A stretch of 64,000 nucleotides of DNA from Clostridia bacterium. GTDB lineage: Bacteria; Bacillota; Clostridia; Oscillospirales; CAG-272. A program made the position numbers and the translations under genes. Within the stretch, counting starts at the first letter, position 1. Every line of letters starts with the position of its first letter. The stretch lies in assembly GCA_017415805.1 (NCBI GenBank), contig JAFQEC010000008.1, positions 108,111 to 172,110 of the forward strand, written 5' to 3'. This document shows, piece after piece, positions 50,011 through 61,148 of this stretch. Below the pieces are notes generated by a model. The model saw nothing but the letters and a program-made list of their open reading frames with translations. It ran no database searches and had not been told where the DNA came from.

Positions 50011-50772
50011 TCATTCTCCGCTTTCCACTTCGGTCAGATTGATGATACCGTCCTCTGTGAGCGCCACGGTGTTTTCGTAGTGCGCAGAGAGGCTGTGATC
50101 CGCGGTTTTTACCGTCCATCCGTCGGCCTCTTCCCTTACCGCAAAGCCCCCGGCGTTCACCATGGGCTCAATGGCAATGACCAGCCCCGCGCAAAGACGG
50201 GGGCCGCGCCCCGGCGTGCCGAAATTCGGAACATCGGGGGACTCGTGCACGTCGCGCCCCACACCGTGACCGACATAACGCCGAACCACGCTGTAGCCGC
50301 GGCTTTGCACGAAGGAGTCGACCGCGTGACCGATATCGCCGATGCGGTTGCCGATCTTGAACGCCTTGAGTGCCTCATAGAAGCTCTGCTTGGTCGCCGC
50401 GATCAGGTCCGCCGCCTCACAGCTGACGCGCCCCACCGGGATGGTTCGGGCACTGTCGCCGTGGTAGCCCTTGTAAAAGGCACCGACGTCGATCTTTACA
50501 ATGTCACCCTCACACAGGATCCTGTCCTTGGACGGGATGCCGTGGATGACCTCATCATTGATGCTGATGCACGCCGAGCCGGGAAAGCCGTAAAGGCCCA
50601 GGAACGACGGCTTGGCACCGCGGCGCTCGATGTGGTGACGGATCACATCGTCGAGCTCCTTGGTGCTCACGCCGGGGCGGACGTGCTCACGGGCAACCAG
50701 CAGCGCCTCGCCCGTGATACGTCCCGCCTCGCGCATAGCAGCGATCTGTACGGAATTTTTGATCTGGATCAT
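50011..50772 (-). CDS. map: type I methionyl aminopeptidase
   Basis: Conserved metal ligands; spc-operon position. Confidence 0.95.
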   Translation of the reverse strand: MIQIKNSVQIAAMREAGRITGEALLVAREHVRPGVSTKELDDVIRHHIERRGAKPSFLGLYGFPGSACISINDEVIHGIPSKDRILCEGDIVKIDVGAFYKGYHGDSARTIPVGRVSCEAADLIAATKQSFYEALKAFKIGNRIGDIGHAVDSFVQSRGYSVVRRYVGHGVGRDVHESPDVPNFGTPGRGPRLCAGLVIAIEPMVNAGGFAVREEADGWTVKTADHSLSAHYENTVALTEDGIINLTEVESGE

Positions 50773-51410
50773 CGTTTTAAGAAGCGGCTGAGCGCCTCGA
50801 GGGTCAGGCGAGTGGTATCGTCTACCCCTTCCTGTCCCTGTACCGTTACAAGCAAGCCGCGCTGGGCGTAATAGGCCTTTACCGGCTCGGTCTGCTCGTG
50901 ATACGTCATAAGTCTTTTGAGCACGGTTTCGGGCGCGTCATCCTTACGGACAAAGAGCGCGGCACCGCACTTATCGCAAACACCCTCCTTTTGGGAAGGC
51001 TTGTAGTCCACATGGTAGGACGCGCCGCAAGTGCAAACGCGTCGGCCACTCATGCGTTGTACGATCTTTTCGTCCTCCACGTCGATGAAGAGGACGGCAT
51101 CCACGCGAATGCCCATCTCCTCCAGCGCGATCGCCTGGGGGATGGAACGGGGAAATCCGTCCAGGATAAACCCGTTTTTGCAAGCATCCGACGTGATGCT
51201 TTCCTTGATGATTCCAATCACGATCTCATCGGGTACGAGCTGTCCCGCATCAATGTAGGACCTTGCCCTTTTACCAAGCTCGGTCTCTGCCTTGATGGCG
51301 GCACGCAGGATATCTCCCGTTGCAATTACGGGAATCCCCCATTTTGCTGAGATCCTCTCGGACTGCGTGCCCTTGCCCGCGCCGGGAGCCCCCATCAGAA
51401 TTAAATTCAT
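50769..51410 (-). CDS. adk: adenylate kinase
   Basis: GAPGAGKGTQ P-loop; Cys-containing lid. Confidence 0.95.
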   Translation of the reverse strand: MNLILMGAPGAGKGTQSERISAKWGIPVIATGDILRAAIKAETELGKRARSYIDAGQLVPDEIVIGIIKESITSDACKNGFILDGFPRSIPQAIALEEMGIRVDAVLFIDVEDEKIVQRMSGRRVCTCGASYHVDYKPSQKEGVCDKCGAALFVRKDDAPETVLKRLMTYHEQTEPVKAYYAQRGLLVTVQGQEGVDDTTRLTLEALSRFLKR

Positions 51411-51433
51411 ACCTTCCTCCGTAAATGACGGAA

Positions 51434-52777
51434 TTAACCAAGGAAGCCCTTGTTGTTACGCAGGCTGAGCTGTGCCTCAAGGTCGCGTACGGTCTCCAGC
51501 GCAACACCGACCACGATCAGCAGCGACGAGCCACCGAAGGTCAGCATGCTCAGATCCACCTTGACCGAGCCGGGGTGTGCGCTCTCGATCGCCGTGGTGA
51601 TCACGGTGACGAGCATGGGCAGACCCGCGACGATGCAAAGGAAGATCGCGCCGATAAAGGTAATGCGCTTGAGGATACGCTGGATATACTGCACCGTGGG
51701 ACGGCCCGAGCGAAGGCCCGGGATCATGCCGCCGTTGGCGGTGATGTTGTTCGCCACTTCCACAGGGTTGAACGAGATCAAAATGTAGAAGTAGGAGAAC
51801 GCCACGATCAGAATGAGGAACACAACCAGATACTCCCAAGTCGTGGGCGAGAAGAAATTCTCGACGAACTTGTAGAACCAGTTTTCACGGTTGCTCATGA
51901 AAGCAGTAATCGTTGCGGGGATCGAAACGATCGAGCTGGCAAAGATGATCGGCATCACGCCCGACATGTTCAGCTTGATCGGAAGATTGGTGTTCTGACC
52001 GCCGTACATCTTGCGACCCACCACGCGCTTGGCGTACTGGATCGGGATGCGACGCTCGGAATTGGTGATAAAGACCACGAAGCCCACCATTGCAATTGCA
52101 ACGATGACAACGCCGACTGCCACCAGAGCACCGACCCACCATGCCACAGCACCGCTGGTGATGTTGGTCACGAGCGTGCGCACAAGGCCGGGGATGCTGG
52201 CGATGATGTTGGCGAACAGGATGATCGAGATACCGTTGCCGATACCCTTCTCGTTGATCAGCTCAGCGAGCCACATCACGAGAGCCGCGCCTGCACAGAA
52301 GGCTGCATTGATCACGAGCATCACAAACCACTCATAGCGGGGGTCGATGCCGCTCACCAGCCAGCCGTTGTTCTTCAGCAGCATGCTGTAGCCAAAGCTG
52401 GTGATAAGTGCCAGAGCCACCGTGACGTAGCGGGTAATGACGTTGATCTTCTTCTGACCGTTGGCTCCGTCCTTTGCCATACGCTCCAGAGGAGGAATGG
52501 CAATGGTAAGGAGCTGCATTACGATCGAGGCCGTGATATACGGGCTGACCGAGAGTGCAAACAACGTTGCATACTGCATCGCGCCACCCGACAGGATGCT
52601 CATAAGCCCGAGGACCGAGGAGCCGTACGCTGCCGAGAAGGACGACGAAATCTCACTGCTTACATAAGGAACATAGATACAGGCGCCAAGGCGATAAAGG
52701 AGGACGATAAATAATGTGAAGAGCATCTTCTTTTGAAGTTCGGGCGTCTTCCACGCGTTCTTTAACGTCTTAAACAT
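51434..52777 (-). CDS. secY: preprotein translocase subunit SecY
   Basis: 10-TM SecY sequence. Confidence 0.97.
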   Translation of the reverse strand: MFKTLKNAWKTPELQKKMLFTLFIVLLYRLGACIYVPYVSSEISSSFSAAYGSSVLGLMSILSGGAMQYATLFALSVSPYITASIVMQLLTIAIPPLERMAKDGANGQKKINVITRYVTVALALITSFGYSMLLKNNGWLVSGIDPRYEWFVMLVINAAFCAGAALVMWLAELINEKGIGNGISIILFANIIASIPGLVRTLVTNITSGAVAWWVGALVAVGVVIVAIAMVGFVVFITNSERRIPIQYAKRVVGRKMYGGQNTNLPIKLNMSGVMPIIFASSIVSIPATITAFMSNRENWFYKFVENFFSPTTWEYLVVFLILIVAFSYFYILISFNPVEVANNITANGGMIPGLRSGRPTVQYIQRILKRITFIGAIFLCIVAGLPMLVTVITTAIESAHPGSVKVDLSMLTFGGSSLLIVVGVALETVRDLEAQLSLRNNKGFLG

Positions 52778-52779
52778 CC

Positions 52780-53220
52780 TTATGCCACCTCGATCTTTCC
52801 ACCTGCTGCTTCAATCTTTTCCTTTGCACTAGCCGAAAAGACAGCTGCTTTTACGGTTAATTTCCGGGTCAGCTCGCCGTTGCCCAGAATTTTGAGACCG
52901 TCGTTGGCCTTTCGCACGATCTTCTTGGCGAGAAGCGCCTCGAGATCGACGACTGCGCCATCCTCAAACACGTTGAGGGCGCTGACATTCACAATGGCAT
53001 ACACCTTTGCGAACTTATTGTTGAAGCCGCGCTTGGGCAGCTTGCGGTAAAGGGGAAGCTGACCGCCCTCAAAGCCGGGGCGCACGCCGCCGCCGGAGCG
53101 GGCGTTCTGACCCTTGTGACCCTTGCCTGCGGTCTTGCCGTTGCCCGAACCGGGGCCACGGCCCTTGCGGAAGGCGGCCTTAGCGGAGCCTTCTGCGGGA
53201 GAAAGTTCATGGAGTTTCAT
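52780..53220 (-). CDS. rplO: 50S ribosomal protein L15
   Basis: Conserved sequence and order. Confidence 0.97.
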   Translation of the reverse strand: MKLHELSPAEGSAKAAFRKGRGPGSGNGKTAGKGHKGQNARSGGGVRPGFEGGQLPLYRKLPKRGFNNKFAKVYAIVNVSALNVFEDGAVVDLEALLAKKIVRKANDGLKILGNGELTRKLTVKAAVFSASAKEKIEAAGGKIEVA

Positions 53221-53234
53221 CCTTCTATCCTCCT

Positions 53235-53408
53235 TTACGCGTTTTCGACCTTGACAAGGTGCGAAATGACCTTCACCTTGCCGGCCAGAACGGCGTTGTC
53301 CTCATGAATGATGAAATCGCCGATTTTGTTGAGACCCAGCGAAGCGGCAGTTGCCTTCTGCGCGGGCTTTGCACCGATGGTGCTCTTTACGAGAGTTACC
53401 TTCTTCAT
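53235..53408 (-). CDS. rpmD: 50S ribosomal protein L30
   Basis: Not in the ORF track (57 aa); hand translation [57 protein letters not shown]. Confidence 0.93.
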   Translation of the reverse strand: MKKVTLVKSTIGAKPAQKATAASLGLNKIGDFIIHEDNAVLAGKVKVISHLVKVENA

Positions 53409-53420
53409 GACCAACCCTCC

Positions 53421-53924
53421 TTATGCCTTGACCTGGTCCACGCTGATCTCGCGAGCCTTCGCGACTTCCTCAGCGGAACGCAGAGCCTTCAGACCCTCAA
53501 CGGTTGCCTTGACAACGTTTGCGGGGTTGTTCGAGCGCAGGCACTTTGCACGGATGTTCTTGATGCCGGCAAGCTCCAGCACGAAACGAACACCGCCGCC
53601 TGCGATGATACCGGTACCGGGTGCGGCGGGCTTGAGAAGCACCTTGCCTGCACCGAACTCACCGATAACCTCGTGAGGGATGGTGGTTCCCTTCAGGGAA
53701 ACCGTGATCATATTCTTCTTTGCATCCTCAATGCCCTTGCGGATTGCCTCGGGCACCTCGGCTGCCTTACCGAGACCAACACCGATGCGGCCCTTGCCGT
53801 CGCCCACTGCCATAATAGCGGCGAAACGTGCGATACGGCCACCTTTAACGGTCTTGGAAACACGGTTGAGCGCGATCAGCTGCTCCTTAAATTCCTGCTC
53901 GGCAGGATTTCTGTTATAAGCCAT
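53421..53924 (-). CDS. rpsE: 30S ribosomal protein S5
   Basis: Conserved sequence and order. Confidence 0.97.
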   Translation of the reverse strand: MAYNRNPAEQEFKEQLIALNRVSKTVKGGRIARFAAIMAVGDGKGRIGVGLGKAAEVPEAIRKGIEDAKKNMITVSLKGTTIPHEVIGEFGAGKVLLKPAAPGTGIIAGGGVRFVLELAGIKNIRAKCLRSNNPANVVKATVEGLKALRSAEEVAKAREISVDQVKA

Positions 53925-53977
53925 GTTATTCCTCCTAAAATTTGCTCAACGAATGTTGAACAGTGTACAAACCGGAC

Positions 53978-54337
53978 TCAGAACTTCAGGCCGCCCTCGC
54001 GAGCGCCTTCCGCCAGTTCCGATACACGTCCGTGGTAAAGATAGCCGCCGCGGTCGAACACGACCTCGGTGATACCCTTTGCAGCTGCGCGCTCGGCAAC
54101 GGTCTTGCCGATGATGCGGGCGGCTGCCTTGTTGCTGCCGATGCCCTCGAAGGACTTTTCCAGGGTGGAAGCGGAAGCCAGCGTAACGCCTGCCACGTCG
54201 TCGATGATCTGTGCGCTGATGTTCGCATTGGAGCGATATACAGCAAGACGGGGACATGCGGCGGTGCCGGAGATCTTGGCACGGACTCTCTTGTGTCTCT
54301 TGAGTCTGGCCTGATTACTGTCTTTTCTCGATACCAT
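53978..54337 (-). CDS. rplR: 50S ribosomal protein L18
   Basis: Conserved sequence and order. Confidence 0.97.
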   Translation of the reverse strand: MVSRKDSNQARLKRHKRVRAKISGTAACPRLAVYRSNANISAQIIDDVAGVTLASASTLEKSFEGIGSNKAAARIIGKTVAERAAAKGITEVVFDRGGYLYHGRVSELAEGAREGGLKF

Positions 54338-54355
54338 TTCGATCCACTCCTTTCA

Positions 54356-54916
54356 TTATTTACCGGCTTTACCGGCCTTGCGGCGAATGTGCTCGTTGGC
54401 ATACTTGACGCCCTTGCCATGGTAAGGCTCGGGGGGTCTCTTGCCGCGGATCACAGCTGCGATCTGGCCGACTGCCTGCTTATTGATGCCCTTGACCACG
54501 ATGGTGTTGGGGTTCGGAACCTCAAAGGTGATGCCTTCGGGCTCGGTGACCACAAGGCTTGCCTGGGGCATGCCGTTGACCAGCGAGTGGCCGAGGTAAA
54601 GCATCAGGTTCTTGCCCTGCTTGGCGACCTTGTAGCCAACGCCCACGACCTCAAGGGTCTTGGAATAGCCGGTGATGACGCCGACGACCATATTGTTGAG
54701 CAGCGCACGGGTCAGGCCGTGCAGGCTCTTGGTCTCCTTCTCATCATTGGGGCGGGTAACGACGATCTCGCTGCCCTCCTGCTTGATGGTGAGAACAGGG
54801 GTAAAGGTCTCGGTCAGAGTACCGAGAGGGCCCTTAACGGTAACAACGTTGCCCTCGGCGACGTTCACGGTAACACCCGCGGGAACGGCGATGGGCATTC
54901 TTCCGATTCTTGACAT
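54356..54916 (-). CDS. rplF: 50S ribosomal protein L6
   Basis: MSRIGRMPI N-terminus; ATG 54916 after GGAGG. Confidence 0.97.
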   Translation of the reverse strand: MSRIGRMPIAVPAGVTVNVAEGNVVTVKGPLGTLTETFTPVLTIKQEGSEIVVTRPNDEKETKSLHGLTRALLNNMVVGVITGYSKTLEVVGVGYKVAKQGKNLMLYLGHSLVNGMPQASLVVTEPEGITFEVPNPNTIVVKGINKQAVGQIAAVIRGKRPPEPYHGKGVKYANEHIRRKAGKAGK

Positions 54917-54930
54917 ATTTCCGTACCTCC

Positions 54931-55329
54931 TTACCAAACGAAGGCGAGAACTTCGCCGCCGATCTTGAGCTCACGAGCCTTCTTGTCGGTCATGATGCCC
55001 TTCGAGGTGGAAACGATGGCGATGCCGAGGCCGTTCATGACCTTGGGCATATCCTCGTAGCCGGCATAGATACGCAGACCGGGCTTGGACACGCGGCGCA
55101 GACCGCGAATGACCTTCTGCTTGCCCGCAGCATACTTCAGGGTCACACGGATGGTGCCCTGCTTGCCGTCTTCGATGACCTGATAGCCCTTGACATAGCC
55201 CTCTGCCACAAGAATATCGGCAATGGACTTCTTCATGTTGGATGCCGGAATGTCAACCGTAGCATGCTTCGCATTGCTTGCGTTGCGGATACGGGTGAGC
55301 ATATCGGCGATAACGTCAGACATTTGCAT
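54931..55329 (-). CDS. rpsH: 30S ribosomal protein S8
   Basis: [13 protein letters not shown] motif. Confidence 0.97.
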   Translation of the reverse strand: MQMSDVIADMLTRIRNASNAKHATVDIPASNMKKSIADILVAEGYVKGYQVIEDGKQGTIRVTLKYAAGKQKVIRGLRRVSKPGLRIYAGYEDMPKVMNGLGIAIVSTSKGIMTDKKARELKIGGEVLAFVW

Positions 55330-55495
55330 AGTATTTATCCTCCTGTATGCAAGTACATTTTTCTTGCTGCCGGCGTACCGGCGGCCAATCGGCGGTTAAA
55401 TCGAACTGCCCACTGCTTTTGGAGCTTCGTCTAATTTCCTGCCGAGTGCTGGGGGTTTCACATCGGGGGCATTGCCCCCACCCGTGAACGGTTTT

Positions 55496-55681
55496 TTACC
55501 AGGATGCCTTCTTCACACCCGGGATCTCGCCCTTGTAGGCAAGGTTACGGAAGCAGATACGGCAGATACCGAACTTACGCAGGTATGCGTGAGGACGGCC
55601 GCAGATCTTGCATCTCGTGTAAGCACGCGTGGAGAACTTTGCCTCCTTTTGCTGCTTCAAAATCATAGATTTCTTTGCCAT
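55496..55681 (-). CDS. rpsN: 30S ribosomal protein S14 type Z (zinc-binding)
   Basis: 61 aa; CKICG...CRIC. Confidence 0.97.
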   Translation of the reverse strand: MAKKSMILKQQKEAKFSTRAYTRCKICGRPHAYLRKFGICRICFRNLAYKGEIPGVKKASW

Positions 55682-55699
55682 TTTGTGCTACCTCCCGGA

Positions 55700-56239
55700 T
55701 TATTGTGCGAAGGGAGCGCCCATCAGACGGAGCAGCTCTCTTGCTTCTGCATCGGTTTGTGCGGTGGTGACGAAGCAGATATCCATACCGCGGATCTTCT
55801 CGACCTTGTCGTACTCGATCTCGGGGAAGATCAGCTGCTCCTTGAGGCCGAGCGAATAGTTGCCGCGGCCGTCAAATGCGTTGGGATTGATACCCTTGAA
55901 GTCGCGCACGCGAGGCAGAGAGAAGTTAAAGAGACGATCCATAAACTCGTACATACGGTCGCCGCGAAGGGTAACCTTTGCACCGATCTTCATGCCCTGA
56001 CGGAGCTTGAAGTTTGCAACCGACTTCTTTGCAACGGTGGCAACCGCCTTCTGACCGGTGATGATGGTCAGATCGCGAATGATGTTGTCGATCACCTTTG
56101 CGTTGTCCTTTGCGTCGCCTGCACCGATGTTCACCACGATCTTGTCGAAGCGCGGGATCTGCATCACGCTGGAGTAGTTAAACTGCTTCATGAGGGCGGG
56201 AGCAACCTGTGCCTTATACATTTCCTTCATTCTGGTCAT
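55700..56239 (-). CDS. rplE: 50S ribosomal protein L5
   Basis: Conserved sequence and order. Confidence 0.97.
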   Translation of the reverse strand: MTRMKEMYKAQVAPALMKQFNYSSVMQIPRFDKIVVNIGAGDAKDNAKVIDNIIRDLTIITGQKAVATVAKKSVANFKLRQGMKIGAKVTLRGDRMYEFMDRLFNFSLPRVRDFKGINPNAFDGRGNYSLGLKEQLIFPEIEYDKVEKIRGMDICFVTTAQTDAEARELLRLMGAPFAQ

Positions 56240-56255
56240 GTCACTCTACCTCCCA

Positions 56256-56570
56256 TCAAAGCTTTGCGCCACACTTGGCGCAGACGCGAACCTTCTTGTC
56301 GCCGTCCATTTCCATCTTCACACGAACGCCCTTGTCGCACTTTGCGCAGTACAGCGCAACCTTGGATGCGTACAGAGCGCCCTCGGCGTCAATGATGCCG
56401 CCGGTCTCGCCCTGCTTGCGGGGCTTCACGTGCTTGTGGATCATGTTTACGCCCTTTACGAGCACCTTCTTTTCCTCGGGAGAAACGGCGATGACCTCGC
56501 CCTTCACACCCTTGTCGTCACCGGAAAGTACAACAACGGTATCACCGGTCTTAATATGAAGCTTATTCAT
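56256..56570 (-). CDS. rplX: 50S ribosomal protein L24 (Cys-pair C-terminus)
   Basis: MNKLHIKTGD N-terminus; ATG 56570 after GGAGGT; CAKC...CAKCG tail. Confidence 0.95.
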   Translation of the reverse strand: MNKLHIKTGDTVVVLSGDDKGVKGEVIAVSPEEKKVLVKGVNMIHKHVKPRKQGETGGIIDAEGALYASKVALYCAKCDKGVRVKMEMDGDKKVRVCAKCGAKL

Positions 56571-56587
56571 GTTACCAGTTACCTCCA

Positions 56588-56956
56588 TTACAGTACTTCG
56601 GGAGCGAGCGAGAGGATCTTCAAGTAGTCCTTCTCACGCAGCTCGCGCGCCACGGGGCCAAAGATACGGGTCCCGCGGGGGGTCTTGTCTTCACGGATAA
56701 CGACTGCAGCGTTCTCGTCAAACTTGATATAGGAGCCGTCTGCACGCTTCAAGCCATGCACACTTCTCACGATAACAGCCTTGACGACCTCGCCCTTCTT
56801 TACCATACCACCGGGGGCTGCCTTCTTGACGCTGGCAACCACCACATCGCCGATGTTCGCATAGCGACGGCCCGAGCCGCCCAGAACGCGAATGCACATC
56901 AGCTCCTTGGCACCGGTGTTATCGGCAACCTTCATTAAGCTCTGTTGCTGAATCAC
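56588..56956 (-). CDS. rplN: 50S ribosomal protein L14
   Basis: [19 protein letters not shown]-terminus. Confidence 0.97.
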   Translation of the reverse strand: MIQQQSLMKVADNTGAKELMCIRVLGGSGRRYANIGDVVVASVKKAAPGGMVKKGEVVKAVIVRSVHGLKRADGSYIKFDENAAVVIREDKTPRGTRIFGPVARELREKDYLKILSLAPEVL

Positions 56957-57022
56957 TTTTCTTTCCTCCTACTGTTTTCGGTACGCAACGACGTACCTAC
57001 TGTTCGAATTCTGTGTGGGCGA

Positions 57023-57283
57023 TTACTTCGCCTTCTCGATGATCTCGGTCACGCGCCATCTCTTGGTCTTGGACAGCGGACGCGTCTCCATGATGGCAAC
57101 GCGGTCGCCCTCGCCGCACGTGTTTGCTTCGTCGTGTGCGTGGACCTTCAGAGTGCGCTTGATGATCTTGCCGTAAACGGGGTGCTTCACGTTGTCCTCG
57201 ATGGCAACGACCACGGTCTTGTCCATCTTCGAGCTTACAACGGTACCGACTCTCGTTTTTCTCACCGTTCTTTCTTCAGTCAT
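57023..57283 (-). CDS. rpsQ: 30S ribosomal protein S17
   Basis: Conserved sequence and order. Confidence 0.97.
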   Translation of the reverse strand: MTEERTVRKTRVGTVVSSKMDKTVVVAIEDNVKHPVYGKIIKRTLKVHAHDEANTCGEGDRVAIMETRPLSKTKRWRVTEIIEKAK

Positions 57284-57295
57284 GACTGCTCCTCC

Positions 57296-57484
57296 TTATG
57301 CGTTCTTCTGGTTGAGAACGGTCATTACGCGAGCAATATCCTTCTTGACCTCCACCATCTTGTGGGGGTTCTCGAGCTGGTTGATCGCGTGCTGGAAGCG
57401 GAGGTTAAAAAGCTCGCCCTTGAGTTCCTTGAGCTTAGCGTTAAGCTCTTCGACACTCAGCTTATTCAGTTCTGCTGCCTTCAT
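57296..57484 (-). CDS. rpmC: 50S ribosomal protein L29
   Basis: Conserved sequence and order. Confidence 0.95.
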   Translation of the reverse strand: MKAAELNKLSVEELNAKLKELKGELFNLRFQHAINQLENPHKMVEVKKDIARVMTVLNQKNA

Positions 57485-57487
57485 TGC

Positions 57488-57910
57488 TTAACCCTCCCCG
57501 TTTTCTTCTTTTTTGATAAACTTGGTCTTGATGGGAAGCTTGTGTCCCGCAAGACGCATAGCCTCTTTTGCAACATCCTCTGCAACGCCGTCCATCTCGA
57601 ACATGATTCTGCCGGGCTTGACAACGGCAACCCAGTACTCGGGCGAGCCCTTACCGGAGCCCATTCGGGTCTCGGCAGGCTTCTCGGTGATGGGCTTGTC
57701 GGGGAAGATCTTGATCCAGACCTGACCGCCACGCTTGATATAACGCGTCATTGCGATACGGGCTGCCTCGATCTGATTGCTGGTGATCCAAGCGGGCTCC
57801 AGGGCGACCAGGCCGTAGCTACCGTTGGACAGGGTGTTGCCGCGCAGGGCCTTACCCGTCAAACGACCGCGCTGTACGCGACGGAATTTTACTCTCTTAG
57901 GCATCAACAT
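57488..57910 (-). CDS. rplP: 50S ribosomal protein L16
   Basis: [12 protein letters not shown]-terminus. Confidence 0.97.
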   Translation of the reverse strand: MLMPKRVKFRRVQRGRLTGKALRGNTLSNGSYGLVALEPAWITSNQIEAARIAMTRYIKRGGQVWIKIFPDKPITEKPAETRMGSGKGSPEYWVAVVKPGRIMFEMDGVAEDVAKEAMRLAGHKLPIKTKFIKKEENGEG

Positions 57911-57912
57911 GA

Positions 57913-58698
57913 TTATTTCGCGCCTCCTTGTCTCGGAGCTTTGCGCTCACCGTGAAACTCACGGCGCTCGCCGTTGCCGCGGCCCTGGCCGCGACGGTCG
58001 CCACCGCGGAAATCGCGGCGGTCACGGCGCTCACGGTTGTCACGGGGAGCTGCTGCGGGGCGGTTGACCTCGTTGAGGACCTCGCCGCGGTAGATCCAGA
58101 CCTTGATACCGATCTTGCCGTAGGTGGTGTTTGCTTCCCAGAAGCCGTACTCGATGTCCGCACGCAGCGTCTGCAGCGGGATCGTGCCCTCGTGGTAGCT
58201 CTCGCTCTTTGCGATCTCGGCGCCGCCAAGACGGCCGCTGCAGCAGATCTTGATACCCTTGGCACCAAGGCGCATCGTGTTGCGGATCGCCATCTTCATC
58301 GCGCGGCGGAAGGCCACACGGTTCTCGAGCTGCGAAGCAATGTTCTCAGCAACCAGCTGGGCATTCAGGTCGGGCGACTTGACCTCAACCACGTTGAGGG
58401 CAACGGGCATACCAACCATCTTCTCGAGCTGTGCCTTGTACTTCTCGATCTCTGCACCGCCCTTACCGATCACGATACCGGGCTTTGCGCAGTGGATGAA
58501 TACGCGAACTCTGTGGCTGTCGCGCTCGATCTCGATCTTGGGCACGCCTGCCTTCTGGAGCTCTTTCTTCAGATACTTACGAATCTGATAGTCGGAAACG
58601 AGCGTGTCGCCGAACTTCTTGTCGTCAACAAACCATCTCGAGTCCCAGTTCTTAATAACGCCGACGCGAAGGCCGTGCGGATTGACTTTCTGACCCAT
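57913..58698 (-). CDS. rpsC: 30S ribosomal protein S3 with Arg/Gly-rich C-terminal tail
   Basis: [14 protein letters not shown]-terminus; 261 aa. Confidence 0.97.
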   Translation of the reverse strand: MGQKVNPHGLRVGVIKNWDSRWFVDDKKFGDTLVSDYQIRKYLKKELQKAGVPKIEIERDSHRVRVFIHCAKPGIVIGKGGAEIEKYKAQLEKMVGMPVALNVVEVKSPDLNAQLVAENIASQLENRVAFRRAMKMAIRNTMRLGAKGIKICCSGRLGGAEIAKSESYHEGTIPLQTLRADIEYGFWEANTTYGKIGIKVWIYRGEVLNEVNRPAAAPRDNRERRDRRDFRGGDRRGQGRGNGERREFHGERKAPRQGGAK

Positions 58699-58714
58699 TT
58701 TTCGTTTCCTCCTC

Positions 58715-59050
58715 TCAATCTCTTTCTTTCACAACCATGGTGACATGGCTGGATCTCTTCAGGATGCGGTCTGCGCTACCCTTCGCACGGGGCATGATGC
58801 GCTTCATCGTGGGGCCGGGGCAGACGAAGCACTCGCTGACGTAGAGCTTCGATGCATCCATGTGGAAATTGTTCTCGGCATTGGCAATCGCACTGTTCAG
58901 CAGCTTGATGAGAAGCTCAGATGCTGCCTTGGGAGTGGTCTTGAGAATGCCCATTGCTACGCCCGCGTCTTTGCCGCGAATCAGGTCAAGAACGATCTTT
59001 ACCTTACGGGGGGAGATGCGCGCATACTTGAGATATGCTCTTGCTTCCAT
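58715..59050 (-). CDS. rplV: 50S ribosomal protein L22
   Basis: Conserved sequence and order. Confidence 0.97.
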   Translation of the reverse strand: MEARAYLKYARISPRKVKIVLDLIRGKDAGVAMGILKTTPKAASELLIKLLNSAIANAENNFHMDASKLYVSECFVCPGPTMKRIMPRAKGSADRILKRSSHVTMVVKERD

Positions 59051-59064
59051 TTCTGTAACCTCCC

Positions 59065-59346
59065 TTATTTACCGTTGTTCGACGTCTTGGAGCCTGCGTG
59101 GCCTTTGAACGTGCGGGTGGGGGCGAACTCGCCCAGCTTGTGTCCGACCATATCCTCGGTCACGTACACCGGCACGTGCTTCTTACCGTCGTGCACCGCA
59201 ATGGTGTGGCCGACGAAATCCGGGAAGATGGTGGATGCGCGGGACCAGGTCTTGAGGACCTTCTTCTCATTCTTTTCATTCATAGCGCAAATACGCGTGT
59301 AGAGTTTCTCTTCGACGTAGGGCGCTTTCTTCAAACTTCTGCTCAT
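59065..59346 (-). CDS. rpsS: 30S ribosomal protein S19
   Basis: [12 protein letters not shown]-terminus. Confidence 0.97.
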   Translation of the reverse strand: MSRSLKKAPYVEEKLYTRICAMNEKNEKKVLKTWSRASTIFPDFVGHTIAVHDGKKHVPVYVTEDMVGHKLGEFAPTRTFKGHAGSKTSNNGK

Positions 59347-59362
59347 GATCGATTACTCCTCC

Positions 59363-60193
59363 TTACTTTGCGTTTCTGCGCTTGACGATGAACTTGTCGG
59401 TTCTCGCCTTCTTGTTACGCGTCTTATAGCCCATAGCAGGCTTGCCCCAAGGCGTTACGGGAGTGGGGCGGCCGATGGGCGACTTGCCCTCACCACCGCC
59501 GTGGGGGTGGTCGCAGGGGTTCATGACCGAGCCGCGGACGGTCGGGCGGATACCCTTGTGACGGGTCTTACCTGCCTTACCAACCTTGACCGTGTCGTGC
59601 TCAATGTTGCCGACCTGGCCGACGGTCGCCTTGCAGTCCAGACGAATGATGCGGACCTCACCCGAGGGCAGACGGACCTGCGCCACGCCGTTCTCCTTTG
59701 CGATCAGCTGTGCGAACACACCTGCCGAACGGACGAGCTGCGCGCCCTTGCCGGGGTAAAGCTCTACGTTGTGAATGAAGGTACCAACAGGGATGTTGGC
59801 GATGGGCAGCGTGTTGCCGGGCTTGATGTCGGCATCCGCACCCGAGTACACCACGTCGCCGTCCTTCAGACCGACGGGAGCGATGATATAGCTCTTCTCG
59901 CCCTCTGCGTTCTGCAGCAGTGCGATATAAGCGCTGCGGTTGGGGTCGTACTCGACACCGATCACGGTTGCAGGAGACGTGCTCTGACGCTTGAAATCGA
60001 TGATTCTGTACTTGACCTTGTTGCCGCCGCCGCGATGACGGACGGTGATGCGGCCGTAGCTGTTACGGCCCGAATTCTTCTTCTTGGTGACCGTGAGGCT
60101 CTTCTCGGGGGAGAACTTGGTGATCTCCTCAAAGGAAGGAACCGTCATCTGTCTTCTTGCCGGGGTAGTCGGCTTATACTTAATCGTAGGCAT
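59363..60193 (-). CDS. rplB: 50S ribosomal protein L2
   Basis: Conserved sequence and order. Confidence 0.97.
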   Translation of the reverse strand: MPTIKYKPTTPARRQMTVPSFEEITKFSPEKSLTVTKKKNSGRNSYGRITVRHRGGGNKVKYRIIDFKRQSTSPATVIGVEYDPNRSAYIALLQNAEGEKSYIIAPVGLKDGDVVYSGADADIKPGNTLPIANIPVGTFIHNVELYPGKGAQLVRSAGVFAQLIAKENGVAQVRLPSGEVRIIRLDCKATVGQVGNIEHDTVKVGKAGKTRHKGIRPTVRGSVMNPCDHPHGGGEGKSPIGRPTPVTPWGKPAMGYKTRNKKARTDKFIVKRRNAK

Positions 60194-60213
60194 TATTCAT
60201 AAACCTCCTACTC

Positions 60214-60507
60214 TTACTTCATACCATCGAAGAACTCGATGGTCTTGGAATCTGCCGTCAGGGTGACGATGGCCTTCTTCCACTCGGAAGTGTAGCCGAA
60301 GTGCACACCCATTCTCTTGGGCTTCTTCTTCATGTTGATGGTATTGACGGAAGCGACCTTGACCTTGAACATCGCCTCAACTGCGTGTGCGACGTCAGCC
60401 TTGGTTGCACCGCTCTGTACCTTGAAAACGTACTTCTTGGCGTCGAGCATATCCATGCTGGCTTCCGTGATGATCGGCTTAATGATGATATCTTCTACCA
60501 TTTTCAT
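60214..60507 (-). CDS. rplW: 50S ribosomal protein L23
   Basis: Conserved sequence and order. Confidence 0.95.
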   Translation of the reverse strand: MKMVEDIIIKPIITEASMDMLDAKKYVFKVQSGATKADVAHAVEAMFKVKVASVNTINMKKKPKRMGVHFGYTSEWKKAIVTLTADSKTIEFFDGMK

Positions 60508-61130
60508 TATGCGTACACCTCCTCAAGTCTTGCAACGGCATCCTTGACGATGATGAACTTATCGGCATTGAGCACGTCGTATACGTTGACGGTGTTCGAC
60601 TGCGTGGTGACAACGCCGGGAATGTTGGCGAAGCTCTTGATCACGGCTGCGTCCATGCCGTTCAGCACAACCAGTGCCTTGCCGGTCACGTTCAGAGCCT
60701 TGAGCATCGAAACCATCGTCTTGGTGGAGTAGCCCTCGGTCTTGATGGCGTCCACCACAATCAGATCACCTGCGGCAACCTTCGCAGAAAGCGCGCTGCA
60801 GATGGCGACCTTCTTGGTCTTCTTGTTCATACCGGTGCGGTAGTCACGGGGCTTCGGGCCGAGTGCAACACCGCCGTGCGTCCACTGGGGAGCGCGGGTC
60901 GAGCCCTGACGGGCGCGGCCGGTGCCCTTCTGTCTCCAGGGCTTCTTGCCGCCGCCCGAAACCTCGGTGCGGGTCAGCGTGGACTGCGTGCCCTGTCTCT
61001 GGTTCATCAAATATGCACGAACTGCCGCGTGGAGGACAGCACCGTTCACCTCTGCGCCGAACACTGCGTCGCACAGAGCGATTTCGCCGACTTCCTTGCC
61101 GGCCATATCAAAAACTTTTACGTTTGGCAT
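60507..61130 (-). CDS. rplD: 50S ribosomal protein L4
   Basis: Conserved sequence and order. Confidence 0.97.
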   Translation of the reverse strand: MPNVKVFDMAGKEVGEIALCDAVFGAEVNGAVLHAAVRAYLMNQRQGTQSTLTRTEVSGGGKKPWRQKGTGRARQGSTRAPQWTHGGVALGPKPRDYRTGMNKKTKKVAICSALSAKVAAGDLIVVDAIKTEGYSTKTMVSMLKALNVTGKALVVLNGMDAAVIKSFANIPGVVTTQSNTVNVYDVLNADKFIIVKDAVARLEEVYA

Positions 61131-61148
61131 GGTATTTCCTCCTTCCGC

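Noticed and set aside
56256-56345. CxxC...CxxC tail on L24 as a possible novel zinc ribbon
   Set aside because: Cys-pair L24 variants are known (for example Thermus thermophilus L24, recalled), so this is lineage variation.
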